Of a stretch of 64,000 nt of DNA, positions 41,943 through 55,935 are shown piece by piece. Location: assembly GCF_006345805.1 (NCBI RefSeq), contig NC_043006.1, positions 55,738,001-55,802,000 on the forward strand, read 5' to 3'. A program made the position numbers and the translations under genes. Under the pieces are notes generated by a model. That model searched no databases. It was not told where the DNA came from and worked only from the letters and a program-made list of their open reading frames with translations. The DNA comes from Octopus sinensis. Taxonomy: Eukaryota. Numbering within the stretch: position 1 is the stretch's first letter; each line of letters starts with the position of its first letter.

Positions 41943-42610
41943 TGAGCATTCCAGAAGTTTTGAAACTTTTCGAGAGATACCTTTATTAATTTCAGAGAAG
42001 TACAAATCTCTAATTTCCTTGAATGTAGGATCCGTCGAATTCAAAGCATTTGTTGTAGTGCTCCCGCCAATTCATGAAGGCTGCATGGACGTCCTCCAAA
42101 CTGAAGGTATGCAGGACCTTTTTTTACAGCTTCCTTCTCTTCAACATCACTTCCTCTGAAGTTTTCCTTCACCTTCAAGAATGACTAAATGTCACAGGGA
42201 GCAAGGTCTGGACAGCTTTGATACCCGTTTCTGTCAAGAAGTTGGTCACCAGGCTGGAAGTGTTGACTGGCGTATTGTCCTATTTGGCTTTTTCCAATGA
42301 GATCACTTCTTGAACTCCCTCAAAACCTCCACAAGGAAACTCTGTTAAGCGTCTGGCTAGAGGGAATCTAGTGGATGTAGATAATGTCCCAATTCTCAAA
42401 AAGAGGGAGCACCCCCAGTGGAGTTGCTTTGTTTGGTTTTCTTGGGTCGGAATTAGGGGTGGGAGTGGGGCAAGTATGCTTTCGCTGGGCATTCTGTCCG
42501 TTGATCTGTGGATCATAACAGTTAATCCAGCTTTCTTCACAGGTCACCAGCGACTCCGGATGGCTCAACTATCTCCCTGCTGTCATAAGCACCTTTTTAT
42601 CTAAGGAAAC
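41943..42610 (-). mobile_element. Decayed mariner transposon 3' part
   Basis: LVTCEESWINCYDP, PDLAPCD and a C-terminus ending in a TIR-like sequence next to TA at 41941. Confidence 0.8.
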
Positions 42611-42666
42611 TGGTTGTGACCCGATATCTATGATAATGATTTCAAATCTAACACATTTGTTCATAC

Positions 42667-42667
<1 letters not shown>

Positions 42668-42755
<88 letters not shown>
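42668..42755. repeat. (AAT)n tract 5' of the R4/Dong element
   Basis: Direct reading. Confidence 0.97.
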
Positions 42756-45700
42756 GATGTAAGAAGGAAAATACAGAGCTCCGAAATCTATCCACAAACA
42801 TCGAAAACAAGGACACCCTTTGGAGCCAAAGATTTACTAACAAAGAATTGGACAATATCCGAGTAAGTAATACTAATTGAAATTTATTACTATTTTCGAA
42901 ACGAAATGATGTATTTTGACTCGATATTATCTCCACCTCTAACACAACACATGTAAACATGCGTGGAACAACACGATCATCCCCGACCTCAAACACCATG
43001 TACAAAGGAACTACGAAGAAATTAAATGCCACCGATACTATTCAACCCAAGAATAACAATCGAGCGGTACGTACATTAAACCTACAACAAAAAATGTACG
43101 AAAAACTACACGTGCGAAATAATGTGACAACAGAAATAAACGGACCGGTACCCTACGAAAATGACGACCGTCAAAATAATGGGCCGGACGTTGTACCTCA
43201 TGTCCCGCAATTAAAACCCAAAAGACGTAAATGGACACGTGAGGAATACATTTCTATCTTACACGCATACTTCACAGCAATGCTCTACCCACAAAATGAA
43301 AATACAACAACACATACATATAAAATATGGAAGGAAAATAATAGAGATATAGACTTGGATACAGCAATGAACCCTAATAAATTAGCTAACGTACGAAGAT
43401 ACATTCTCAAAGCCAAAAAAATATCAGAAATAGAAATAGAACATTTAAAAGAAAAAATATACCAGGAAAATGTAGATAGAAGCCACACAACAATGCCCAA
43501 TAATATAAACACTGAAACTGTAAAACACGAAGACAAACGCAACATTCCCAACAAACACGATGTAAACAACGAAGGGTAGCCTAATGATTATGATAATATA
43601 AAAAATAAAATAATCAAAGAACTGAAAACCACAGAGCCCAAAATGGACCACCGACCATACCTCCCAAGAATAAAAATAAACGCAATAACAACACCAATTA
43701 TAAACAACATAAACCTAGCCGTCACTGAACTAGCCACTGAAACAAAAAAAAGTGATATCACTGAACTAAATGACTTGATATACGCAGCAGCCACTGCAGC
43801 CACAAAAGAAGCTGGATACTCACCCAAACCCGCCCAAACAGAAGTACCACCACCCAAACAAACCCTGTGGATAAATAACATCCAAAAAAAAAAAAAAATT
43901 AGAAAAGACCTGTCGATTCTTAATGAAATCAGCAAACAAGCAACGCTACTGAGCAACAAAAAGAGAACAAAAATGCTCCGCAAATATAACATCACAGAAA
44001 ATGATTTGCCGGAGATAAAAGAAAAGCTGAAGCAAGATATCCTTGCCAAAGCTCAAAGGATTCGCCGGTACGAGAAACGCCAACGCTTCTTTGAACAGAA
44101 CAAAAAGTTCAACTCCGACCCCAAAAAGTTCTACCAAGAACTGGGCAAAAATAAAATAGAAATCACTGCAGCACCAACGGCAGAAGAATTGGAAGAATTC
44201 TGGAGAGAAATATGGTCGGCGAACGAACAGCCAAAAAAAAAAAAAAAAAGAGTATGAAAATAACAAACTCGGCATCTGAACAACTTTGGACCCCCATAAC
44301 AACTGAAGAGGTCACCCAGGCACTGCAAAAACTAAGCAACTGGAAGGCACCTGAGCATGACAAGATCCCCAACTTCTGGTTGAAATATCTAACAGGAATG
44401 CACAAAAAGCTGGCTGAAAACTTTAACAGCATACTAGCAGAGCCAGAGACAATGCCTGAATGGCTCACAAAGGGGAAAACCATCTTAATTCCCAAATCAA
44501 ATGAAACAACAAAACCAGAAAACTACAGACCAATAACCTGCCTCCCTACTATGTTCAAGGCATTTACTGCAGTGATATCGCAAAGGCTGAACAAGCACCT
44601 GGACGAAAACAAACTGTTCCCAGAAGAGCAGAAAAGATGCCGCAAAGGCTCATATGGCTGTAAAGATCAACTAATGATTAATAAAGCCGTAACTGAAGAC
44701 AGCCACAGAAAAAAGAAAGGCCTCAGTATGGCCTGGATTGACTACAAAAAGGCGTTTGATAGCATCCCCCACACATGGATCCTCGAAACACTAGCCATTA
44801 ACAAAGTAGCACCAACAATCATAAAATTCATAGAGCACTCTATGAATAAATGGCAAACAGTCCTACACCTCCAAACAAAAGAGGGACTCATGAAAACCAA
44901 AGACATCCCCATTAGAAGAGGAATATTCCAGGGAGACACGCTCTCTCCACTCCTTTTCTGCTTGGCACTGTCACCTCTATCTGATATGCTAAATAGAACT
45001 GGATGCGGATATAAATGTTACGGCAAAACGATCAGCCACCTTTTATATATGGATGACCTAAAACTATACGCTGCAAATGACAAACAGCTGGAAACACTAT
45101 TAAAGACAGTTCATGGATTTACCAAAGAAATAGATATGAAATTTGTATTAGAAAATGCGCCAAAGTAACCATGAAAAGAGGAAAACTAGTTAAGAGTAAC
45201 AACATCACACTAGATAAAACCAATGAAATAAAAGAATTAGACCAAAGCCAAACTTACAAATACTTAGGAATCCATGAACTAGATAAGACACAACACACAC
45301 AAATGAAAGAGAAAATAAAAAAAGAATATTATAGACGAGTTAGATCAATACTAAAAACAGAGCTCAATGCTAAAAACAAGATAATAGGTATCAACACTTT
45401 AGCTGTCCCAGTTATAAGTTACAGCTACAATATCCTTAACTGGACACGAAATGAACTGTCCAAAATAGATAGGAAAACAAGAAAAATACTGACAGGATCT
45501 AGGATGCATCACCCAAAATCTGACATAGAAAGACTACATATACAATGTATAGAAGGTGGTAGAGGCCTTATACAGCTGGAAAACTACTATAAAATAACCA
45601 CCATAGGACTGCAAAAATACCTACTTCAGAAGGAAGGAAAACTGATCCAGATAGCAGCAAAACACGAGCAAAACAAAAAACTGTTCTCAGTATTTAAGGA

Positions 45701-46703
45701 AGCTGACAAATACAAACAAGAAATCATACCACCTAATAAACACAAAGAAGAAGAAGCAGATGATGAAGAAACAACAAAAGCTATAAAACAAATGAAATCC
45801 AAACTAAAAATAGAACAGCAACGAGCCATGATAAAACGATGGCAAGAAAAGCCCCTTCATGGTAAATACTGCACTAAACTAAACGCAAAAGAAATAGACA
45901 AAGAAAAATCCCAGCAATGGTTGAGAAGCTCAGGACTCAAAGCAGAAACAGAGGGATTTTTAATTGCAGCACAAGACCAAAGCTTCCCCACCAGAAATTA
46001 CCAAAAACATGTAATGAAAAGAAATATTACAAGTAACTGCAGAATATGTGGAGATGGACAAGAAACAATAAATCATATCTCTAGCTGCCCAGTCCTGTCT
46101 AAGAAGGAATATATTCACAGACATGACAGAGTTGGAACCTACATACATTGGAAGCTATGCCAACATTATGGAATAACAACAGAAAAAAGATGGTATAGGC
46201 ACACACCAGAAAAGGTCACAGAAAACGAGAAAGCAACCATACTCTGGGATATGCCGATACACACAGATAGAGAAATTAAGGCCAACAGACCAGATATAGT
46301 TGTCAGAGATCATGAAGAAGAAAAAAATGCTTTCTAATTGATGTATCAATACCGGCAGATGACAACGTGTCTCTAAAAGAAATGGAGAAACTCTCAAAAT
46401 ACAAAGACCTGGAAATAGAGGTAACTAGAATGTGGAACCTGAAAACAGAAACAATTCCTATCATAGTAGGTGCATTAGGCATGATAAAAAAATATTCAGA
46501 CAAATACATAACAAAAACACCAGGACTTACAAACACATATAACATACAGAAAATTGCACTACTAGGCACTGCACACATCCTACGCAGAACACTTTCCATA
46601 CAATAACCATCAGAGCATCACAACAAATCACAGCACATACCCAAGGCACACAGAGCTGCGCTCGGTAGTGAAGTGAAAGCACGCTATAAAAATAAAACTA
46701 CTG
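42756..46703 (+). mobile_element. Near-full-length R4/Dong-clade non-LTR retrotransposon (RT, CCHC, restriction-like endonuclease) inserted in (TAA)n
   Basis: N-terminal RRKWTREE.., YRPITCLPT, WIDYKKAFDSIPH, GIFQGDTLSPLLF, YMDDLK, YKYLG, CRICGDGQETINHISSC, RHD, RPDIVV..LIDVS..KLSKYKDL; (AAT)n on both sides. Confidence 0.93.
42959..46606 (+). pseudogene. R4/Dong single polyprotein split by frameshifts into five ORFs
   Basis: ORFs 42959-43579, 43643-44257, 44212-45168, 45171-46337 and 46367-46606 are colinear domains; several breaks lie in A-runs. Confidence 0.9.
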
Positions 46704-46949
46704 AATAATAATAATAATAATAATGTTCTTAACATGCTTAAAACCTTGTAGTCATGTACGTAAAATTCTAGAACTTACAAATATGCACAAAATACATACA
46801 CACAAATTCCCGTATTTGCACAAATATGACATAGGATACTTCTAGTACCACAAAAACGATAAAATCCAAACCAAATCCCAAAGCAAGCAAAGCTGATCAG
46901 GAGAATGCAGTGAAGATATGCAACAAAAATACTTAATAATCTTTTCTAC

Positions 46950-47160
46950 TGTAGACACAGAATCTAAGTTTAAGATAATGGAACTAGTTGGTTACATCGA
47001 CCCCTATGGTTCAAATGTTACTTATTTCATGAACACGAAAGGATGGAAAGCAAAGTCGAATTTGGCAGAATTTTACACTTTCAAAACACAGCACGTTTAC
47101 ATAAAGACGAATGAAATGACGCTGAGAATTTTGTCCAGTATGCTAACAATTCTGCCTTAG
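46950..47160 (-). mobile_element. SINE family C, diverged
   Basis: GGATGGAAAGCAAAGTCGAATTTGGCAGAATTT...GCTAACAATTCTGCC. Confidence 0.55.
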
Positions 47161-47964
47161 ATTACTTAATAATGAAAATGAGAGCTGAAAGGACTCCCAA
47201 AGTTCATTTTTGAAAAATAAATCTCAATACAAATCTTTTCTTTTGGCAGAAATATAATCTACAAATCAATGTTGTGCTGTGTGAACAGAGTGTTTAAGTC
47301 TTCAAAAAGGGGAATAGTCAAGATAGTCCATAATTCCATAGTTGGAATAATGAAATGCATTAATTCTAGTTAGAGCTATGGAACGTCCACAAACTATCAT
47401 AGCAGAAATATTTTAAAATGATGTTGGGAAAAGGGAATTAATAGCAACGATTGTTTACATTTAAGAATCACAATGTAGAAATATAGAAATATAGGAAACT
47501 AGAAAAATTAATCTAAAATCGCATATTCCTCAATTTGCATTGGTTGGAATACGGACAACTTTAACAAGATTTGGAATCATTTTCAATTTAAATAATGACA
47601 ACTCAGTCAAGGGATAATCAGATATTGAAGAGCATCTGTAAAAGAAATGTTCTTTGTATCAATATAAAGCATTCTGATGATTGAATAGTTCTGAAAGTTG
47701 CATAAAGAAAAATAAGGGAGATAAAGAGGAGAGAGAGTACGAAATAGAAAAAAACAGAGAGGAAAGAGAAGAAAAAAAAAAGAGAAGATGTCAAAGAGTC
47801 GGCCCATTGGTTACTTCGTGCCTCGAAAGATGAGAAGTTGTCAGTCCAGAGAGAATCATAATCTCACTATTCTGCAATACGGAATTCTTTTTCTTTATAT
47901 TTGACGAAGATATTGGATTTAACTAATTCGAAAACACACACACAGACACACGCACAAACACACA

Positions 47965-48019
<55 letters not shown>

Positions 48020-48029
48020 ACACAAACAC

Positions 48030-48061
<32 letters not shown>

Positions 48062-48254
48062 TTTCTCTCACGCTTCTTCTTTTTCTTCTTCTTCTTCTTT
48101 TCCCCTCCTCCGCCTTCTTCTCCCCCTCCTCCCTTCCTCCCTTCTTATTCTCTCACCCCCTCTCTCTTTCACCACCTACTCTCTATGTTTCTCTTACACA
48201 TTTGCATATTTGTGGAAAAGGATACGTCCACATAAATCAGTTGAATATTCGAAT

Positions 48255-48375
48255 TGTTAGATAACCTTGTGGCATTCGTTCCGGTTTTCTACGCCTTAAG
48301 TTCAAATATCACCGCAATCAACATTGCCTTTTACACTTTCAGGCTCGATAAATATAAATAAAATACCAGTACTCT
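48255..48375 (+). mobile_element. SINE family C, diverged
   Basis: AGTTCAAAT...TTGCCTTTTACACTTTC..GATAAA..TACCAGT, the reverse of the 47040 copy. Confidence 0.5.
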
Positions 48376-48994
48376 TTTAAAGTCGATTCTTCCATGTCTT
48401 TCTGTTTCTCTTACTGGAAGAAAACTCCTGTGGTCAGATCTAAAGAGGCATGGGTTCCATCGACTCTAAAGACGTTCAAAACACACCACATGTCAAGATG
48501 GGTCTCCATCAGATCGTAACTCCATCGAGAGTTAAGATCTAATGTAAAGTAAGGCAAAGCACATACATAAAAAGATACAACCATGGACGCACATAGACAC
48601 AAATACACCTACGCAACCAGAACACACACACAAATTCATGAAGGATCTCGAGTCATTTTCAATGATAAATACTCTAGGTGCTCAATCAAATAATGTACTT
48701 CTTTACACAAATGTACCCTTAAGGTGTCCTAACTTCAGGTTGAATCACCGTCAAACTGCGAGAAGGCTGGCATATCAAAGAACTAGACTTCACTCCATCA
48801 TTTCCTGTGTTGCTTCATTCTGCCAAATTTCAAGCACAAATCTTGAATTAAGTTGGCACTATGTCAGAAGAGACAGATTTGCTTAGGGTGTCTACCAGTG
48901 GAATCAACATGGCACCCTCGTATATGTTAAGCGAACCTCGGTGGTGTCAGAGCCTATTCTCTCCTTCCCCCTCTTTCTGTCTGTGTGTGTATAT

Positions 48995-49241
48995 ATATAA
49001 AATACAGTGTACATTTAAACATGTTAAGAGGATTCCATCATAGGAATCCCTTACGTTGCTAAAAACAATCAGAAACCGTGGTCAAATGGTCAAGGAAATA
49101 GATGGTAAATGTTTTTATTTTTCATTCCCTTCGAGAATTTTTCCCTAATTAGTGGTTTGGACTTTAGCTGTTGTTTGTAGCGTAAGGGATTCCTATGATG
49201 GAAACCTCTTAATGTGTTTAAATGTACACTGTATTTTATAT
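48995..49241. mobile_element. Fold-back/MITE-like element (~75-bp arms, ~100-bp spacer)
   Basis: ATACAGTGTACATTTAAACA..TTCCATCATAGGAATCCCTTACG is mirrored at the right end. Confidence 0.75.
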
Positions 49242-51062
49242 GAATAATATATAGTCTATTGACTAATTTTTCTATACGCTAGGCCGCTGGTAGTAAAAAT
49301 TTCTAAAATCTTTATTACTCTGATATTATATATATATATATATGTATATTGCACCGACTCATCCAAACATACATACCCCCCCCCCACACACACCCTTTAT
49401 ATGCGAGGCTCAGTAAAAGGATCCCGTTATAACTAGACCATGCTCTTTTGTCTTTTTATGTAAAAGTTGGGATTATCACTCCGGATTACCATTGTTTTAA
49501 TGCCTTTCCGGAAATTCAAGCCTCCTGACATTTTCGAATCAGTAGGAGAATAACTTTTAACATTTCAGACCGTATTCAATCTTCCTCGGTGACGTTGCCA
49601 CATATGTGTGCTTTAATTGTCTCTACGACTTCAGCCTCTCTGGTGAGAATCATCGATATTAGGGGCACCTCATGTCCACCAGATTTTATTGTGACTGGAT
49701 TTAGGAGATGAACAAAGTATTCTCTCTATCTCACAAGGATGCTTTTCTCTGTCTAGAAGGGCTCGAGCCGAGTTATTAGTGGCTTATGTGAAAGAGGGTT
49801 TCTTATTACAAAGCTGATGGATGGTCTGCCAGAATATTACATTGGCTAATTCAAGTCAGTGTCTAGTTTAACCCTAAAGTCTGCTCATGACAGTCAAAAC
49901 AAAAATATTTTCAGTCAGTAAAGCAGGCGCTTCTGCGCTTTATAAGGTAAATATCATATTTTACACGTAAATGTTTGTTAATAAGCAACAATTCTGAAAT
50001 TAAGAAAAATCATGTAAACATCTCTCACAATAAATATAAATGATTCTCTGAAGCTTTTTGTTTGTGTATGACAACGTGTTGGCTTACATATTTCAGAAAA
50101 TGTTAAGTTAATACTGTAAACAAAATTATTTAAAAAAGAAAAAAGCTTTCACTTTAACGTTCAATTTCTGTCAGAAATATGGCTAACACACATGCGCGCA
50201 CGCTCGCACACACGCACATGTGGTCAGTCGGTCTTGAGATAGCTCCGAGTTCTCCTTTAAATCAGCCAGAAAGACAGAAAGACAGAAATGCTTATGGAAA
50301 AATCAGCCAAATCTAATTATTGTACAATACATATACTGAGTTTACGTACTATGAAATGAGATATTTAAAAAATAAATGTGTATTTAAACAGCACTTGTGA
50401 AAATTTCGCTCAGAAAGATATAACTAGCCAATTACAAAGCTCCTGATATAACTTTTATTTTCCTGATAACAAAAGCAAAGATAAAGTTAATTCTAGGTTT
50501 CTAATTTTTCTAAAGACTGTTTGTATCGTCAGCAAGACGATAGGAATCGATTCAATAGATATGAATCAGATGATTTAATATAACAATATCTTAAAATAGT
50601 AAGGTATAAACTAAATACAACTTCTATAATAACAAAAGCGATATAAACAACATTCCAAAAATCTTTGCTTAGTTATTGTATTATAGTATGAATGGGTGAA
50701 TAGTCCACAGATTATTGTGTCATTAAGTTAACCCTCAATCAGAAACCGTGGAACAGAAGGCTGTTCTTTGAAAGGCAAGTACAGTTCATCAGATCGGCTC
50801 CCACAGTTACAGCATATATAACAAACCAATTTTACTCACTAAGTAACATTTGTCCAAGATATTAGACTGTGAGATGAATTCCAGACCTCATGACCTCATG
50901 ACTACGAAGCAAACTTGCTGATTATACACAAAAACAGATGTAAAAATAAAATTATGTCAAGTAAAACAACAAGCCTTAAACAAGTACACTTTATTCAAAT
51001 CCACACATTGATGAAATTAGCTTTGTGCATCAACCAACTGATAAGAAAATGAATAGTAGTTG

Positions 51063-51114
<52 letters not shown>

Positions 51115-51277
51115 GAGTGAGAGAGCAGTGCATGCCATCAGAGTGACACTGGGGTAAAATATACGAAGCCCAGTATACCCATCATGACTACCCGTCTGAT
51201 AAGGGTTCACCAGGCATATGCATCACAACCATATGTGTGCGACATGGTGATCTCATATCAAGATAAACAGCGCATGA

Positions 51278-51278
<1 letters not shown>
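51115..51278 (-). mobile_element. Non-coding TAA-inserted repeat (family also at 56689 and 56910)
   Basis: GAGTGAGAGAGCAGTGCATGCC... begins directly after (ATT)n in all three copies. Confidence 0.8.
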
Positions 51279-51333
<55 letters not shown>

Positions 51334-51336
51334 GTA

Positions 51337-51411
<75 letters not shown>

Positions 51412-51778
51412 CAGCAGTAGTAGTAGTAGTAGCAGCAGTAGTAGTAATAGTTCTAGTTAGGATAAAAGTGGTGGCAATTTAAAGTTTTACTGCGTTGCTT
51501 GTTTTGGCGATATTTTTAACAGTTCAATATCCATGTTTATTATATCTGTTAGTGGAAAAGCATGTTAAATATGAGTGTTTTATGTAAGCATATATATGTC
51601 ACTGTGTGTATGCGCCTGTATGAAAATTCTTGTGTGAATACATATACACACGCACACGCATATGTAATTCTCAGGTGAATATCCTTCAATCGTAAGTTTT
51701 TCCACTATGCATACAAATATAAACTGGAATAATTGCACAAATACACTTAGATATACACACACACGCAAGCGCATATAC

Positions 51779-51849
<71 letters not shown>

Positions 51850-51981
51850 CACATACATATTTATATATGTGTACATATTATATAGATATATATGCATATA
51901 TTTATACATATTCGTGTATATATACTTATGTATGTATGCATATATTTATATATAAATACATATATACATATATATATATAC

Positions 51982-52075
<94 letters not shown>

Positions 52076-52234
52076 TTAGAGATAAAACAACTATTAGGCA
52101 AATCAAACAGTGAAAAACATAAACCAAAACATAGAAATAAAATTAATTAATATAAAATACAAAATATATAAAATATAAAATTAAAAATTTAAATTATTTA
52201 AATTTAAATTTAAAAATTTAAAATTATTAATTTA

Positions 52235-52570
52235 TTAAATGGAGTTGAACGAAGTTGTTAGTAAAATTCTTTTACTTTCGACATATGTTTCGAAGACAAC
52301 AATAAAACCATGATAGGCTCTCATTCTTTCCTGATGAGAAAATTGCATTTTACACCGTTTATTCCTTTGGAATAAAACCATGTTGTCTTCGAAACATATG
52401 TCGAAAGTAAAAGAATTTTAATAACATCTTCGTTCAATTCGATTTATTTACTTATAATACACAAATTACTGCACATTAACCCGGAGTTTCTACCTTTGAA
52501 TAGGTCGCTTCATCCGTGTTACTTGCGTGAATTTTGCTACCCTGGTAACTGTTTATTGAATTTTCCATGT
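52235..52570 (+). mobile_element. Solo PLE pLTR with 5'-inverted segment
   Basis: 52250-52305 is inverted relative to 52375-52435; the 3' part is homologous to the reverse complement of 21190-21300. Confidence 0.8.
52326..52407 (+). ncRNA. Type I hammerhead with long stem II insert
   Basis: CTTTC-CTGATGA-G...53 nt...C-GAAA-CATATG-TC-GAAAG. Confidence 0.72.
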
Positions 52571-53310
52571 TAACGGTATACACAGGATAATTCATTCATC
52601 CATATATATATATCGAACACATAGATGTGTATTTGTGTTCAGGTATATGCATACACATACAGGCATACCAACATAAACACCTATGATTTTTAAATAAATG
52701 TTAGTAATCCGCTACCATAGCATTCGAGTTAAAAATGGATGGTGACTGCGCTATTTTAGCACTCGATATTAACCTTCTTGAATAACTGCAATTATATTCG
52801 CACGAAACCTATGATATCAGTTACAGAATGTTTTTAAAAGAAATTTTTTTATACACCTATGTGTTATTGAGAATGCATTCTTCCAGTTCAACATCCCGTG
52901 TATATATATATACATACATACTCACATCCATCCATCCATATACACATGTACACACAGTACATACACGTATACACACACAGATACATACACACATACATAC
53001 GTAATTATTGTACACGAAGTTTATGACTAGACAAAGATGAGTCTCATTATATAATGGATATAACGGTAATATTTCTGTCTCCGATGTCTTCATATATATT
53101 ACACAATGTGTCACGCATACGTTGTTGAAACATTTCTCAACCGTAGAATATATGGAATACCAACCACTCCATTCTTCTCTTATTGTCTGTATAAATATAT
53201 ATATATATATATATGAAAAGTAAAAAGATGTTCAGAATGCTGGATGGTTGTAAAAATATATATTTATTTACATATCATATTATTACTTCATATTAGCGCT
53301 TTCAACTACT

Positions 53311-53387
<77 letters not shown>

Positions 53388-53564
53388 AGGGCTTAGTAAA
53401 ATAAATTACTTTGCCACATACTGAACTCATTAGAAATAGCAGCTAAAGAAATTTCTTCAGCTATTTCTAATACTTAAAGAGGATCTCTCTCAGATAGTGC
53501 TTGCCTAAACCAACTCACAAAGGTATGGGGGAAAAACATTAAAAAATCAAGTGCAAAGGTTATT

Positions 53565-53616
53565 TGAGAACGTACGTTTCTAGATTAGTCAATTCGACAT
53601 TTCTTTCGTCAGCTCA
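53565..53616 (-). ncRNA. Hammerhead candidate (intact core and stem I, weakened stem II)
   Basis: TGAG-CTGACGA-AAGAAATGTC gaatt GACTAATCTA-GAAA-CGTACG-TT-CTCA. Confidence 0.5.
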
Positions 53617-53829
53617 GAATTCCTTGAATCGGATTTGGGAACACTGAAAGTTGGGAGCATACCCTTTCGGCTTCTTATCACCTCTAGAATTCTGCTCGAA
53701 CTAAAAGTGCTATCAAATTCGAATATGCAAGCGAAGAATTTCTGCTCTCCCCTTTCCACCAGCGTGGGTTAAAATTGACAAACACCATGTATTAACGGTG
53801 AAAACCGCAGCATTTAACAGAGAGAGATG

Positions 53830-54040
<211 letters not shown>

Positions 54041-54399
54041 ATACATACGCACACACGAGTAAGCAAATAAATGCCAAAGAAGGTGGAAAAATAGTACTCG
54101 AATACTTTTTTATTAAAACTGCAAAACATCACAAAAAACTGCTACTCGGAGTCTTACGTTCCCCTTCATCGGGCAATTGTGATACAGCTTTAATAAAAAC
54201 AGAATGCATATATAGATGTATATGCGTGCGTGTGTGTGTGTTGTATAGCAATTGTACTATAAGAGTTTTATTCAACTATTGTTCTGTCAGTTAAGGTTTT
54301 ATGGATGTAGCAAAATCTTTTGTCGTATAATATTCGGTAAATACATACGGTGGTCCAAAAATCACGCACCAAAACAGTTGACATTTTATTTATATTACG

Positions 54400-54446
<47 letters not shown>

Positions 54447-54459
54447 TATAATTATTATA

Positions 54460-54537
<78 letters not shown>

Positions 54538-54589
54538 CTCCTTGTTGTTGCTGTTATCATTGTCATCGTTATTATCATCATATAATTGT

Positions 54590-55245
54590 TCAACATTTGG
54601 TAGTTTGAGGCAGATTTCTACTGCATCACCTGCTACACCTCTGTGTTGTTGTTGGGGGGGGGTGCAGCATTGTGCGTCCTTTTCTGTTGTTGGGAGTACG
54701 CAAATTCTTCCCAGTATTGTATTGCGTTAGATTATTTTACCTCTAGAGGTGTTTTGCAGTCTTTTGTTGTATTACTACTTGTATTATGTGTTGAGTGTGT
54801 AATGCGTTGGTTATACAGCTTGCTGGTTGAAGTTTATTTCACTGGATAATTGCAGTATAGAGCGTCTCTTGTGGTTGTAGGTTGTTTTGTTTAGGTTGTA
54901 TTATAGAATTTATAGTGTCTTGCGTAGGATGCGGGCTGTTCCTAACAGGACTATTTTTTGGATGGTGTATAGCATTGAAGTTCCAGGTATAGCTTCTACG
55001 TTTTTGTTCATATGATTTTTTTTTATAATACCCAATGCTCTATTTATTATTGGTATTGTTTTCACCTTCATGCCCCTCATCTTGAATACTTTAATTTCAA
55101 GTCTTTCTCCACTTCTTTTTGAACAAGATTTTGATCAGAAGGGACTGCAATGTCTATCAATAAACAGGTGTTTTTTCTACCAATACTTGAGTATTATGTC
55201 TGGGTTATTAGCTTTTATTTGCTGGTTTGAACCGGCATCTCCCTG
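54590..55245 (-). mobile_element. R4/Dong-type 3' fragment (RLE C-terminus plus UTR), diverged subfamily
   Basis: Minus strand IKANNPDII..CLLIDIAVPS.. ..LGIIKK..IQKIVLLGTARILRKTL. Confidence 0.7.
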
Positions 55246-55329
55246 ATGATTGTGGCCTGATTGTTGTCTTATACCTTGTTTGTCACATGTTTATACTACC
55301 TATTATCAGTTTTAATGTTGTATTGTTGG

Positions 55330-55417
<88 letters not shown>

Positions 55418-55418
<1 letters not shown>

Positions 55419-55855
55419 TATGTTTGACTTTTGCTCTATGTCAGTACAAGTTGGCTCCAAGTCTCACCCAGAGACCTCAAGAGACAACAGGTTGGAAGTT
55501 CACGTTGTTGTTATGCCTAGTGTGCCATATATTTGGGGTTTTTTTGGTGTTGTACTAGTGAATGTCTAATACATAAATTTTTTAAAAAGTTTGTTTTAAA
55601 ACTTGGGATTACATAGAGAGTATTTTGCGTAGGATATGAGCAGTTCCCATGAGCACTATCTTTTGAATTACTGCCATTTTGGGGTTTCCTGGTATCTGAG
55701 TTAGGTAGCAATCAGCCCCTTTCGCTATCATTCCCAGGGCACCTATGACAACAGGTATTGTTTTAGTCTTCAGGTTCCACAGTTTGCTGATTTCTATTTC
55801 AAGATCTTTATATTTGCTCAGGTTTTGGTAGGTCTTGACAGATACGTTTATATCG

Positions 55856-55856
<1 letters not shown>
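55418..55856 (-). mobile_element. R4/Dong-type 3' fragment
   Basis: ORF 55609-55968: IDINVSVKTYQNLSKYKDLEIEISKLWNLKTKTIPVVIGALG...LMGTAHILRKILS. Confidence 0.85.

Positions 55857-55932
<76 letters not shown>

Positions 55933-55935
<3 letters not shown>

Noticed and set aside
49400-49900. Minus-strand GIY-YIG remnant
   Set aside because: Only a vague TYVAT..RK similarity with many stops; not supportable.
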